A stretch of 37,670 bases of DNA from Bacteroidota bacterium (GTDB lineage: Bacteria > Bacteroidota > Bacteroidia > Bacteroidales > VadinHA17): the NCBI GenBank assembly GCA_003245695.1, contig QKCK01000243.1, forward strand, positions 1 to 37,670. The letters run 5' to 3'. Positions 19,110 to 28,569 of the stretch are shown here, piece by piece. Each line of letters begins with the position of its first letter. Position 1 is the first letter of the stretch. A program made the translations under genes and the position numbers. The notes beneath the pieces are model-generated. The model ran no database searches. It was not told the DNA's origin and saw only the letters and a list, made by a program, of their open reading frames with translations.

Positions 19110-20024
19110 TTATTTCCCAGTGAGCTGTCTGAAGGTATCCTCAAGACTCTCTTCCTTCTTATGCAGACTCAGGACCGTCAGGCTGTTGGAAACGGCATAC
19201 TCAAATATCAAAGGCCTGATATCTTTCTCTCCGGATGATATCAGATTATATTTTTTATCATCAACTTTAATAACAGAATCGACTCCATTAAGAGACATAA
19301 GATCATTAACGGAGACGGCTGCATTAAACTCAACTTCAATCAGGTCTCTTTTACTACCTGCGAGAGCAGTCACACTCTCATGGCTTCCGTCAGCAATAAT
19401 CCTGCCCTTGTCAATAATGATTATCCTGTTACATATTGCCTCCACTTCCTGCATTATATGTGTAGAAAGCATAATGGTCTTTTCCTTTCCTACACCTGAG
19501 ATCAGGTTTCTTATTTCAACAATCTGGTTTGGGTCAAGCCCTGTGGTGGCCTCATCAAGGATAAGAACAGCAGGATCATGAATGAGAGCCTGGGCAAGGC
19601 CTACCCTCTGCCGGTAGCCTTTTGAGAGTGCCATGATCTTTTTATGTTGTTCCGGACCCAGGCCTGTCATCTCTATAACACCATCGACAGCTTTTTTCTT
19701 TTTTTTGCCAAGAGAGTATATTTCAGCCACGTAGCCAAGATACTCCCTTACATACATCTCAGGATAGAGGGGGTTATTCTCAGGAAGATAACCTATCAGG
19801 CGGCGTACTGCAATATCACCAGGCTTTGAGTAATGACCACAGACCTTCACACTGCCCTCACTGGCAGGTAAAAAACCTGTGATGATCTTCATCATTGTTG
19901 ACTTACCTGCTCCGTTAGGACCAATAAAAGCAGCTATCTCTCCTTTTTGAATCTCAAAGGAGACATTATCAAGTGCTTTTTGTGAACCGTAATATCTGGT
20001 TACACCGGTTACATTAACGGACAT
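19110..20024 (-). CDS. gldA: ABC transporter ATP-binding protein, GldA-like (gliding-motility-associated ABC ATPase family)
   Basis: 304 aa. Walker A is GPNGAGKST, the unusual signature is LSKGYRQRVGLAQAL, and Walker B is LILDEATTGLD. STHIMQEVEAICNRIIIIDKGRIIADG and the C-terminal accessory domain match my recollection of Flavobacterium GldA. No gldF or gldG is adjacent. Confidence 0.6.
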   Translation of the reverse strand: MSVNVTGVTRYYGSQKALDNVSFEIQKGEIAAFIGPNGAGKSTMMKIITGFLPASEGSVKVCGHYSKPGDIAVRRLIGYLPENNPLYPEMYVREYLGYVAEIYSLGKKKKKAVDGVIEMTGLGPEQHKKIMALSKGYRQRVGLAQALIHDPAVLILDEATTGLDPNQIVEIRNLISGVGKEKTIMLSTHIMQEVEAICNRIIIIDKGRIIADGSHESVTALAGSKRDLIEVEFNAAVSVNDLMSLNGVDSVIKVDDKKYNLISSGEKDIRPLIFEYAVSNSLTVLSLHKKEESLEDTFRQLTGK

Positions 20025-20053
20025 ATCTGTTTTTGGTGAAATAAATTATCAGG

Positions 20054-20061
20054 CAAATGTA
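20054..20061 (-). promoter_or_regulatory. TAnnTTTG -7 promoter element for the gldA-like gene (minus strand)
   Basis: The plus-strand sequence CAAATGTA is TACATTTG on the minus strand, 29 nt upstream of ATG 20024. The same 11-mer CAAATGTAAAA recurs upstream of the usp gene. Confidence 0.4.
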
Positions 20062-20120
20062 AAAGACAAAAGACAAAAGATAAAAGTATTGTGTCACAAT
20101 TGTCTTTACATATTGTCTTT
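20062..20120 (-). terminator. Compound inverted-repeat element just downstream of the usp stop codon; probable usp terminator or operator
   Basis: AAAGACA-type 7-mers occur three times (20062-20083). They are followed by the perfect palindrome ATTGTGTCACAAT (20088-20100) and two inverted copies TTGTCTTT (20100-20107, 20113-20120). The minus-strand RNA can fold into a long imperfect hairpin ending in a U-rich run. Confidence 0.4.
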
Positions 20121-20121
20121 T

Positions 20122-20964
20122 CTATCCATACATAAACTGCCCAAGATTAGCAAAGGCAGAAGTTGGGTTGACACAGCAAACAGGAATCTTTGAGCTGTTG
20201 GCAATGATATACTGTTCTTTTGCTCCCAGAACATAGTCAGCAAAAGTTATATCCTTGGTTGTCATTATCAGGATCAGATCTGCATTAATTTTCTGTGCAA
20301 ACTCTATTGTTTCAACAGCAAGTTTATCAGTCTTGATCTCATGAATCTCATATTCTATATTATTCTGGATGAGCATCCTGACAGAGTGATTGATATTAAG
20401 ATTCACCTTTTTAAGCAGTGACTCATCTTTACGTGCTGTCTTAAGTATATGGATCTTTGAGTCAAAATATTTCCCCATGAAAATTGCCATAGAGAGCTTC
20501 TCCTTTTCTTCTGATTTAAAGTCGATTGGGAAAACGATATCGTGATATCTCTCCTGATCATTGGGATCTTCCTGCACAACGATGAAAGGTACTTTTGATT
20601 TGGCAATTACTTTTAAAGCCCAGCTACCTGTATACTTCTGCATTCCCTGCATACCATGCGTTCCCATTACAACCAGCGAAGCTCCGCGGTCATTGACAAA
20701 CTCAGCTATCTGTTTGAAAATAGTGCCCCGTAGAACATGGTACTTTATTGTAACACCATGCATCTTCCCTGCCTCCGTTGAAATATTATTTAATGAAGCT
20801 TGCTTTGCTTTTACTCCTCCATCAGTGGTAATCTTATCAACAATGTGTAAAAGACAAATATCATCATGAGTCATCTTTGATATCTTAACTGCATGTTTCA
20901 GAGCACATTCTGCAACCGGAGTAAAATCCCATGGAACAACGATTATTTTGCTGTCTAAATCCAT
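20122..20964 (-). CDS. Universal stress protein, tandem Usp domains
   Basis: 280 aa. Two repeats of the Usp pattern are present, including LVVMGTHGMQGMQKYTGSWALKVIAKSKVPFIVV and DLILIMTTKD...LGAKEQYIIANSKIPVCCV. Confidence 0.8.
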   Translation of the reverse strand: MDLDSKIIVVPWDFTPVAECALKHAVKISKMTHDDICLLHIVDKITTDGGVKAKQASLNNISTEAGKMHGVTIKYHVLRGTIFKQIAEFVNDRGASLVVMGTHGMQGMQKYTGSWALKVIAKSKVPFIVVQEDPNDQERYHDIVFPIDFKSEEKEKLSMAIFMGKYFDSKIHILKTARKDESLLKKVNLNINHSVRMLIQNNIEYEIHEIKTDKLAVETIEFAQKINADLILIMTTKDITFADYVLGAKEQYIIANSSKIPVCCVNPTSAFANLGQFMYG

Positions 20965-20983
20965 AATTCTCAGTAATCAGTTT

Positions 20984-20991
20984 CAAATGTA
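20984..20991 (-). promoter_or_regulatory. TAnnTTTG -7 promoter element for the usp gene (minus strand)
   Basis: The plus-strand sequence CAAATGTA is TACATTTG on the minus strand, 19 nt upstream of ATG 20964. Confidence 0.4.
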
Positions 20992-21112
20992 AAATTATCA
21001 GTTTTAATGAATAATTCAAATTTATATATTATCCTGAGAAAGAGCGGCCATTAATCGCACAAAAATAGTGCCGATTATGGCATGAATGTGAAAAAATTGC
21101 AGAACTAATTGT

Positions 21113-21120
21113 TATTTTTG
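21113..21120 (+). promoter_or_regulatory. TAnnTTTG -7 promoter element for asnS-rpoN
   Basis: TATTTTTG lies 82 nt upstream of ATG 21203, which implies a long purine-rich leader. Confidence 0.35.
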
Positions 21121-21202
21121 TGAGATGAACTCTGAAAAAGGGCATTTGATTTGAGGGGCAAGAGAAAGAGTAAAGAAAAGAGATAAAGAAAAACATTTAG
21201 AT

Positions 21203-22591
21203 ATGAAAAGGATCAGGATAAAAAATCTGTTGACATCTCCGGTGGTAGGAGAGGTAGTTGAAGTAAAAGGATGGGTACGAACAAAAAGGGAGATAAAGAA
21301 TGTTGCCTTTGTTTCGCTCAATGACGGGTCAACAATAAACAATATCCAGATAGTAATAGATCTGAATACTATAAGTGCTGAGTTACTCAGGGATATAACT
21401 ACCGGAGCCAGTATTGGTGTGACAGGGAAGCTTGTTGAGTCTCAGGGTCAGGGTCAGAGTGTAGAGATACAGGCATCTGAAGTGATACTCTATGGCAAAT
21501 GTGATTCAGAGACATATCCATTGCAGAAAAAGGGTCATTCGATGGAGTTTCTGCGCGACATAGCGCATCTGCGATTCAGGACAAACACTTTTGGGGCTGT
21601 TTTTCGCATCAGGCATGCTATGGCATTTGCCATCCACAAATATTTCAATGACAGGGGATTCTTTTATCTTCACACCCCTATTATCACTGGCAGTGATTGT
21701 GAAGGGGCCGGGGAGATGTTCCATGTGACTACCATGAACCTGAATAACATTCCCATGGGGGAAAACGGGGGCATTGATTATTCAGCCGATTTCTTTGGCA
21801 AGGAGACCAATCTCACAGTATCAGGTCAGCTTGAAGGTGAGTTAGGGGCTATGGCTCTGGGTGAGATATATACGTTTGGCCCTACTTTCAGGGCAGAGAA
21901 TTCAAATACCCCACGTCACCTTGCAGAGTTCTGGATGATAGAACCGGAGATGGCCTTCTGGGATCTGAACGATAACATGGATCTGGCTGAAGATTTCCTG
22001 AAGTATCTGATAAGCTATGCTCTGGAGAATTGTCATGATGACCTGGAGTTCCTTAACAAGATGATTGATAAGGAGCTATTGTCACGGCTCCGCTTTGTCC
22101 AGGAGAACAGTTTTGTCAGGTTGCCATATACAGAAGCAATAACAATTCTTGAAGCCTCGGAGTGGACCTGGGAATACCCGGTATACTGGGGCAGAGATCT
22201 TCAGGCTGAGCATGAGCGTTTTCTTGTTGAGACCCACTTCAGACGGCCGGTGATACTGACTGATTATCCGAAAGAGATAAAGGCTTTCTATATGAAGCAG
22301 AATGATGATGGTAAGACAGTCAGAGCTATGGATGTACTGTTCCCGGGCATTGGAGAGATAATCGGGGGTTCGCAGAGAGAAGAGAGTTATGACAAGCTTG
22401 CGGCAAGGATTGACGAACTTAAACTGCCGATGAAGGATCTCTGGTGGTATCTTGATACACGTCGTTATGGTACCGTGCCTCATTCGGGATTTGGATTAGG
22501 GTTTGAAAGGCTGATATTATTTATGACAGGAATGTCAAATATCCGCGATGTGATTCCTTTCCCCCGCACGCCAGGTAAGGCTGAGTTCTGA
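21203..22591 (+). CDS. asnS: Asparagine--tRNA ligase
   Basis: 462 aa. An OB-fold N-terminus ([11 protein letters not shown]) is followed by class II motifs [21 protein letters not shown] and [12 protein letters not shown]. Confidence 0.95.
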   Translation: MKRIRIKNLLTSPVVGEVVEVKGWVRTKREIKNVAFVSLNDGSTINNIQIVIDLNTISAELLRDITTGASIGVTGKLVESQGQGQSVEIQASEVILYGKCDSETYPLQKKGHSMEFLRDIAHLRFRTNTFGAVFRIRHAMAFAIHKYFNDRGFFYLHTPIITGSDCEGAGEMFHVTTMNLNNIPMGENGGIDYSADFFGKETNLTVSGQLEGELGAMALGEIYTFGPTFRAENSNTPRHLAEFWMIEPEMAFWDLNDNMDLAEDFLKYLISYALENCHDDLEFLNKMIDKELLSRLRFVQENSFVRLPYTEAITILEASEWTWEYPVYWGRDLQAEHERFLVETHFRRPVILTDYPKEIKAFYMKQNDDGKTVRAMDVLFPGIGEIIGGSQREESYDKLAARIDELKLPMKDLWWYLDTRRYGTVPHSGFGLGFERLILFMTGMSNIRDVIPFPRTPGKAEF

Positions 22592-22608
22592 AAATAGACC
22601 CTTTTGCC

Positions 22609-24069
22609 ATGCTAAACCAGAAACTTCAGCAGAAGCTGCTTCAGAAACTCTCACCACAGCAGATACAGATGATAAAACTGCTGGAGGTGCCTGCGATGCA
22701 GCTTGAGCAGAGGATTAAAAAGGAGTTGGAAGAGAATCCGGCACTGGAGGAGGGCCCTGATGATGACGATACACCTATTCAGGCTGAAGATGAGCAGGAC
22801 GATGAACGTGGTGAGAGTGAGCAGGACGAATTTACTCTTGATGATTATCTTAATGACGAAGATATCCCTGACTACAGGCTTCAGATAAATAATTCCTCCC
22901 GCGATGATGAGAAGAAAAACGAGATACCTTTTACTGCCGGCTCGTCATTCCAGGAGAATCTAATGTCGCAATTCAGCCTCAGAGTAGATGATGAGAAGGA
23001 TCTCGTACTCGGTGAATATATTATAGGGAATCTGGATGAAGATGGTTATCTGCGACGCGAGATTGAGAATATGGTTGATGATCTTGCCTTTTTGCAGAAT
23101 GTCTCAACAACTACAGAGGAGCTTGATAAGATTCTTGAGATAATACAGGATCTGGAGCCTGCAGGGGTGGGGGCCAGAGACCTGCGTGAGACATTGCTTC
23201 TGCAGCTGGAACGAAAGGATAAGACAAACAGAGCTGTGGCGCTGGCTATAGAAATACTCCGTGATTATTTTGATGAGTTCTCCAGGAGGCATTATGAAAA
23301 GATCATGGCCAGGCTTGACCTAGATGATCAGGAGATGAAGAGTGTTGTTGATGAGATACTGAAGCTGAATCCGAAACCGGGTGGGGTATATAGCGATCCG
23401 TTTATAAAGACTGCCCAGCATATTATACCTGACTTTGTTCTTGATCAGACCGATGATGGTCTTGAGCTGAGTCTGAATAACAGAAATATACCCGAACTAA
23501 AAATAAGCAAGGCATATAGTGAGATGCTGGAGACATATACCAGGGATAAGGCCAGCAACAGACAGAGTCGTGACGCACTGTTGTTTGTAAAACAGAAGCT
23601 TGATTCAGCCCGCTGGTTTATTGATGCCATGAGGCAACGACAGAATACTTTGCTTCTTACTATGAATGCCATACTGGAGTATCAGAAGGAGTATTTTATG
23701 GAGGGAGATGACACAAAACTTCGTCCTATGATACTGAAGGATGTAGCTGAGATGACCGGCCTTGATATATCTACGGTATCACGTGTTGCAAACAGCAAAT
23801 ACATACAGACACACTTTGGAATATTCCCTCTTAAGTTTTTCTTCTCTGAAGGTATGCAGACTGATACCGGAGATGAGGTATCTACCAGGGAGATAAAAAG
23901 GATATTGATGGAATGTCTCGGTAATGAGAATAAGAGAAAGCCGCTGACAGATGAAAAGCTGACAGAGATACTGAAGGAAAAGGGATATCAGATTGCCCGC
24001 AGAACGGTTGCCAAGTATCGGGAGCAGCTGAATATTCCTGTTGCCAGGATGAGGAAGGAGATAAAATGA
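22609..24069 (+). CDS. rpoN: RNA polymerase sigma-54 factor
   Basis: 486 aa. Region I is MLNQKLQQKLLQKLSPQQIQMIKLL, followed by an acidic region II. An HTH is present and the RpoN box is ARRTVAKYREQLNIP. Confidence 0.95.
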   Translation: MLNQKLQQKLLQKLSPQQIQMIKLLEVPAMQLEQRIKKELEENPALEEGPDDDDTPIQAEDEQDDERGESEQDEFTLDDYLNDEDIPDYRLQINNSSRDDEKKNEIPFTAGSSFQENLMSQFSLRVDDEKDLVLGEYIIGNLDEDGYLRREIENMVDDLAFLQNVSTTTEELDKILEIIQDLEPAGVGARDLRETLLLQLERKDKTNRAVALAIEILRDYFDEFSRRHYEKIMARLDLDDQEMKSVVDEILKLNPKPGGVYSDPFIKTAQHIIPDFVLDQTDDGLELSLNNRNIPELKISKAYSEMLETYTRDKASNRQSRDALLFVKQKLDSARWFIDAMRQRQNTLLLTMNAILEYQKEYFMEGDDTKLRPMILKDVAEMTGLDISTVSRVANSKYIQTHFGIFPLKFFFSEGMQTDTGDEVSTREIKRILMECLGNENKRKPLTDEKLTEILKEKGYQIARRTVAKYREQLNIPVARMRKEIK

Positions 24070-24698
24070 AGAATGCAGAAAGAGGTTTTTTCGGCAATCT
24101 GTCCCGGATAGTTTCAGTGATTTTCCATCCGGTGTTTATACCTTTGCTTGGTCTGGCAGTAATATTCTGTGCACCAACACTGCTCTCATTTATACCACAG
24201 AGGGTAAAGTATCTCATTCTTCTGATAGTCTTTGTTAATAACGTATTCCTGCCTCTTGCTGTTATACTCACCCTTTATTCACGTGGTATTATAAAGTCAT
24301 TCACTGATAATGACCGCAATGAGAGAGCACTCATGCTTGGCATAATGTTCCTGCTCTATCTTGTTACAACCACACTCATGGTAAGGCTCCCGGTTCCAAA
24401 CCTGATAAAGGCATACTTTATTTCTACATCCTTCATTGTTTTCATAACTGGCATAGTTAACTTTTTCTGGCGGGTATCATTGCATTCAGTAGCCGCCGGT
24501 GGTATGCTTACACTGGTATGTGTTCTGTCTTATATTTTTGAGGTATCAATGATATTGTATCTGACAGGTATGATACTTCTTTGCGGGCTGGTTATGTTTG
24601 CCCGATTATATAATGAGGACCACAGCCCTGCTGAGGTTTGGTCCGGGTTCTTTTTAGGGGCGCTTTCAATGGCCGTTTCTCTTATAATACTTCTCTAG
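24066..24698 (+). CDS. Integral membrane protein with degenerate PAP2-like motifs
   Basis: 210 aa with about six hydrophobic helices. SLHSVAAGG resembles PSGH, and ARLYNEDHSPAEVWSG resembles SRxxxxxHxxxD. Its ATG overlaps the rpoN stop codon (ATGA). Confidence 0.4.
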   Translation: MKNAERGFFGNLSRIVSVIFHPVFIPLLGLAVIFCAPTLLSFIPQRVKYLILLIVFVNNVFLPLAVILTLYSRGIIKSFTDNDRNERALMLGIMFLLYLVTTTLMVRLPVPNLIKAYFISTSFIVFITGIVNFFWRVSLHSVAAGGMLTLVCVLSYIFEVSMILYLTGMILLCGLVMFARLYNEDHSPAEVWSGFFLGALSMAVSLIILL

Positions 24699-25781
24699 CA
24701 TAACACTGAGCGCCTTTTCTGCCTTGTCTCCCTGAAAGATGTTATTGTAAGAGGTCTCTGTAGCTTCAGGGAATGATAAAAAAATCTCTTTAGTGATCTG
24801 ATCCTGAGTTATGGTTTTAAATCCATATTTGCCATTCAGGTAGCTACCGAGGTATTCCTGTTCTGTCTGTCCCGGGGTAGGTATTATTATTGCACCTTTA
24901 TGTAATGAGATGAGTTCCATCAGTGTTGTATAACCTGACCGGCATACCACCAAACTGCTGTTTTCAATGATAGTTTTAAGGGCAGAGCTTCTTTTTCCGG
25001 TAATCATCTCAACATATTCCTTATCTGAAAGACATTCATCAGTTTTGTCATTTGAGAGAATCACCAGATGCAGATGTAATTGCTGAGTAGCTTCAGCAAC
25101 CTTTTTCATGAGCAACGATTTTTGTGGTTCAGGGCCGGAGAGTATCAGGCATATGTAAGGTTTTGCCGGAGCAGTGCCGGCCGTATTGCTATCTGTCAGG
25201 GTGAAACGTGACAAGAGTCCCATGTAAAGCGTCTCTACCGGTGGCATGATATTATGTGACAACCGGCCGGAGAGGTTTAATTCTCCCTCCATATCAGGGA
25301 CCATACACAAATTATATTTTCTTATGAACCTGTTATGAAAGAAGATGCCTGTTCTTTCCAGGAATTGAAAAGGGGAGGGGAATGGTATCCTCAGCATATG
25401 GGTAACATATACACTGAATACCTTTTTATTGTAGCAGGCGAAACGGTTGTCAGAGATGATAATGTCAGGTTGCAGCCTCTTTATTGCTACTGTCAGGGCA
25501 GAATGTTCTTTAAGTGCCCGCAACAGTACTACCGGTGTTTGCAGGAGAACAACCACGTATTGGGGTATCAGGCTGGAGTATCTGATGTTGAGGCCCTTAA
25601 TTTCAATCAGTCTGATGTCGGGTAGTTCAGCGTTTATATGTTTTAACAGACTTCTGTCAGCGCCAATTATTACCTCGTGGCCCATATTTCTCAGTGTGGC
25701 GGCCACTGGTATCATTCTGCCGGCGTGACCAAAGCCCCAGTTAAGAGGTGTTATTAATATCCGTAAACGATCTCGCGGCAT
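24666..25781 (-). CDS. Glycosyltransferase, GT-B fold (GT28/MurG-like C-terminal domain)
   Basis: 371 aa. The N-terminal part reads ILITPLNWGFGHAGRMIPVAATLRNMGHEV. The C-terminal part reads CRSGYTTLMELISLHKGAIIIPTPGQTEQEYLGSYL. Confidence 0.7.
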   Translation of the reverse strand: MPRDRLRILITPLNWGFGHAGRMIPVAATLRNMGHEVIIGADRSLLKHINAELPDIRLIEIKGLNIRYSSLIPQYVVVLLQTPVVLLRALKEHSALTVAIKRLQPDIIISDNRFACYNKKVFSVYVTHMLRIPFPSPFQFLERTGIFFHNRFIRKYNLCMVPDMEGELNLSGRLSHNIMPPVETLYMGLLSRFTLTDSNTAGTAPAKPYICLILSGPEPQKSLLMKKVAEATQQLHLHLVILSNDKTDECLSDKEYVEMITGKRSSALKTIIENSSLVVCRSGYTTLMELISLHKGAIIIPTPGQTEQEYLGSYLNGKYGFKTITQDQITKEIFLSFPEATETSYNNIFQGDKAEKALSVMLEKYYKRNGH

Positions 25782-26563
25782 CAGCCTGACACAGTTACTG
25801 GTATTCCGGCTGCTTCTACCATTGCGGCAATCTCTTTCAGTTCTGAGGCTGGTACTTTATGTAGCTGATTGCCAAGAGGTGTATCGCGCGATATGGTATA
25901 TACCATTACAGACTCAGGCCTGAGTCTGATTATCACATCAAGCCATGCAGCCAATTCCTCTGCAGTAGTGTTGTTAACCACAGTGCCATTATAAGTGCCT
26001 CGTATGAAGAGTGTCTGAAGTATAAACCTGCCGTTGAAAAGTTTGAGCAGCTCTATTGTACGTTCAACAGAATAGGCATCGGAATGTTGGTTGAGGAGCT
26101 TTGCTGTAGCGGGTATGGCACTGTCAAGTTTGAGAATCCTCATCTCAACATTCATAAGTGCTCTTCTGATATTTTCCTTATGTATATTGGTTGCATTTGA
26201 CAACACTGATATTTTTGTCAAAGGGAAGAACTGGTCACGCAGGGAGACAGTATCGGAGATGATCATCTCGAAATCGGGATGCATTGTAGGTTCTCCGTTA
26301 CCTGCAAATGTTATTACATCAGGTTTTTCACCTTTTTCTTTCATTGCAGCAAGCGCATTATGCAGGGCATCATACACCTCAATGCGGGAAGGAAGTGCTG
26401 TCTTATCCGTACATCTTTCGCTGGTCCACCCGCATTCACAATAAATACAATCAAAAGTGCATACTTTCCTGTTTACAGGCAACAGGTTGATACCCAGTGA
26501 AACCCCTAGCCGCCGGCTTCTGACAGGGCCAAAAACAATACTATCAAATAAAAATGTTGACAT
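25781..26563 (-). CDS. Radical SAM protein of unknown function (COG0731-like)
   Basis: 260 aa. FGPVRSRRLGVSLGINLLP precedes the CTFDCIYCECGW CxxxCxxC cluster, and FAGNGEPTMHP is present. Its stop overlaps the glycosyltransferase ATG by 1 nt (TGATG). Confidence 0.8.
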   Translation of the reverse strand: MSTFLFDSIVFGPVRSRRLGVSLGINLLPVNRKVCTFDCIYCECGWTSERCTDKTALPSRIEVYDALHNALAAMKEKGEKPDVITFAGNGEPTMHPDFEMIISDTVSLRDQFFPLTKISVLSNATNIHKENIRRALMNVEMRILKLDSAIPATAKLLNQHSDAYSVERTIELLKLFNGRFILQTLFIRGTYNGTVVNNTTAEELAAWLDVIIRLRPESVMVYTISRDTPLGNQLHKVPASELKEIAAMVEAAGIPVTVSG

Positions 26564-26587
26564 ATCTGAAATTATTCAGCGGCAAAG

Positions 26588-27763
26588 TTATAACAATCTT
26601 CTTACCCTGCTGCCAGGAAGAAGCTTCATGTTTATCAGGTCCATCTCTTCAATGAGCAACACCCCTGGTTTCTTACCTGTGGAAAAAGATCCCTTTGTCT
26701 TTTCGATGTCAAGGGTTATAGCCCCGTTAAAGGTAGCCCATTTAATCATCTTTTCGAGAGTTACACCTGACGACTCTTCCTGTAGCAGATATAACTCTGC
26801 AAGGATGCTAAGGCGATTATTTGATGCCAGGCTGTCAGTCCCTGTCACGATCAGGCCGCCAGCCCGTTCAATGGCAGAAAGTGGGGGTGTGGCACCTGTG
26901 ATGTACTTATTTGATGAAGGGCAGAGACACCATGATACATTACCTTTTGATACAAGTATCTTTATCTCGTCGTCGTTGACAAAGGTGTTATGTACCAGCA
27001 TCACTCTTTTTGACCTTCTGGCAATTTCTACAGCAGTATCAAGGTGGTCATAAGGCACACCCATTGTCTCAGGTGGGATGCCTAATGCCCTGTATGACTC
27101 AGTCATAGGGCCGGTGCGATGTTTTGTCAGAAGCCTTTCGTCGGGTGACTCAAGAAAGTGCACTGAGAAAAGAGGGTTCCTTCCGGCATGTTTTATGATC
27201 TTCTCCATCAGGATCGATGATACCGAATAGACAGAGTGCGGAGTCAGATATGTGTGAATCCCTCTCTCTTCTGCCTTACCTCTCAGATTCAATGCCTCTT
27301 CCATTCTCTTGTCACTCCTGTCTGCAACGGCACCAAAGATCTCAAGAAAGGTGATGTATTCAATTCTGCTTTCTCTTTTCACCTCAAACGAGCTGCTTGT
27401 ATTGCTTATATCGCCACAGGCAACAATCCCTTCGTCATACATCTCCCTGTCAGCAGATAAGGCCGATAAGACAACTGTTGATTCTTCTGCCTGGCGGGTC
27501 TCATTTACAGCTTTAATAAAGCCTCCCAGGCCTGTTGTTTGAGGAATAGTGCCTTTCAGATGCGAAAGTTCAAGGTGACAATGGCAGTTGATGAATCCAG
27601 GAACAAGGACGCCATTATAAAACTCTGTGGAGGATGTCTCAGCAGGGTGATCAGTATGTGGAGCAACAGATACTATAGTACCATCGTCTGTCGCAGTCAG
27701 AACTCCCCGCTTGAGTACTGTGCCGTCACCTGTAAAGATATAGTGTGCTGATATCTTTCTCAT
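26588..27763 (-). CDS. Amidohydrolase-superfamily metal-dependent hydrolase (deaminase/chlorohydrolase-like)
   Basis: 391 aa. The HxH motif is FINCHCHLELSHL. Further His and Asp ligand contexts are VHFLESPDE, LVHNTF and GTDSLASN. Confidence 0.75.
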   Translation of the reverse strand: MRKISAHYIFTGDGTVLKRGVLTATDDGTIVSVAPHTDHPAETSSTEFYNGVLVPGFINCHCHLELSHLKGTIPQTTGLGGFIKAVNETRQAEESTVVLSALSADREMYDEGIVACGDISNTSSSFEVKRESRIEYITFLEIFGAVADRSDKRMEEALNLRGKAEERGIHTYLTPHSVYSVSSILMEKIIKHAGRNPLFSVHFLESPDERLLTKHRTGPMTESYRALGIPPETMGVPYDHLDTAVEIARRSKRVMLVHNTFVNDDEIKILVSKGNVSWCLCPSSNKYITGATPPLSAIERAGGLIVTGTDSLASNNRLSILAELYLLQEESSGVTLEKMIKWATFNGAITLDIEKTKGSFSTGKKPGVLLIEEMDLINMKLLPGSRVRRLL

Positions 27764-28569
27764 TGCATAAGCCTGACTCTCTTTTCTGCTTCATCAGATT
27801 CTTCCTGCTCTTTTTCAACTACGATGCCCATAATCCGGGCATGTTTTCTCCATTTTATACCTTTATTGGAGTGGGAGAAGAGGTTACCCTCAAGCTTAAC
27901 GGCACCAGGGTTATCGAGCCTTTTCTCAAGCCTTATCAGGTTTGATTTGCCATCTTTAACAAGCGCATATGGTTCCCACATGATGGTATCAATGTTTTCC
28001 TTGTCATTAACGGTGAAGTAGATTTTAACCTGTGGATCAATACTCTGATCATCTGCATAAAGGAGGTAGAATGCCTTGAACCTGTAGAGGCCAGGCCCTG
28101 GCAGTGGTATCGAGAATGCAATGGAGTCAGTTCTGTATTCGTCGGGGAAGAGATATGATGCCTTCCCGTTCCAGAGGTTTGATTGAGGAGGAGGTGCATC
28201 CTGATTGTTTTCAGTATTCAGATTTGCTTCCATTTCGAGCAGGTTCCCCGTAACCCTGTCATATAGCTTTTCAAATTTCTTGGGTTTATATAGGAAATAA
28301 TACTTCAGGGTGGAATCAAGCTGTGCCTTGGTGTAGCCATAATGCCCTGTAATATCCTTTACATTACTGATAGAGTCTCTGAACTGGTAAATACTTCTTA
28401 CCGAGGCGACATCCATGAGAGCTTCGGCAAGATAGGTGTCGGTGAGTATGTTTACAATTGCATCGTCAGGTACGATATATGCATCATCAAGTTTTGTCCG
28501 GTCTTTGCATGAAGTGATCAGCACAGATAATGTCAGCAATGCGGAGGTTATTGTGATAGCAGGTTTCAT
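27760..28569 (-). CDS. Lipoprotein, DUF4296-like
   Basis: 269 aa. The signal and lipobox read MKPAITITSALLTLSVLITSC. The N-terminal ILTDTYLAEALMD pattern recalls DUF4296 proteins, which often follow LolE-like permeases in Bacteroidota. Confidence 0.5.
   Translation of the reverse strand: MKPAITITSALLTLSVLITSCKDRTKLDDAYIVPDDAIVNILTDTYLAEALMDVASVRSIYQFRDSISNVKDITGHYGYTKAQLDSTLKYYFLYKPKKFEKLYDRVTGNLLEMEANLNTENNQDAPPPQSNLWNGKASYLFPDEYRTDSIAFSIPLPGPGLYRFKAFYLLYADDQSIDPQVKIYFTVNDKENIDTIMWEPYALVKDGKSNLIRLEKRLDNPGAVKLEGNLFSHSNKGIKWRKHARIMGIVVEKEQEESDEAEKRVRLMQ

Noticed and set aside
19048-19581. 177-aa plus-strand ORF
   Set aside because: It is antisense to the well-supported gldA-like ATPase and starts in the intergenic hairpin region. 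It has a Ser/Leu-rich composition typical of antisense frames.
22703-22888. 61-aa alternative-frame ORF inside rpoN
   Set aside because: It is a by-product of the GA-rich acidic region II coding sequence of sigma-54.
26457-27053. 198-aa plus-strand ORF, plus ORFs 26091..26444, 26279..26500 and 26308..26490
   Set aside because: They are antisense to the radical SAM and amidohydrolase genes, span their intergenic gap, and carry no motifs.
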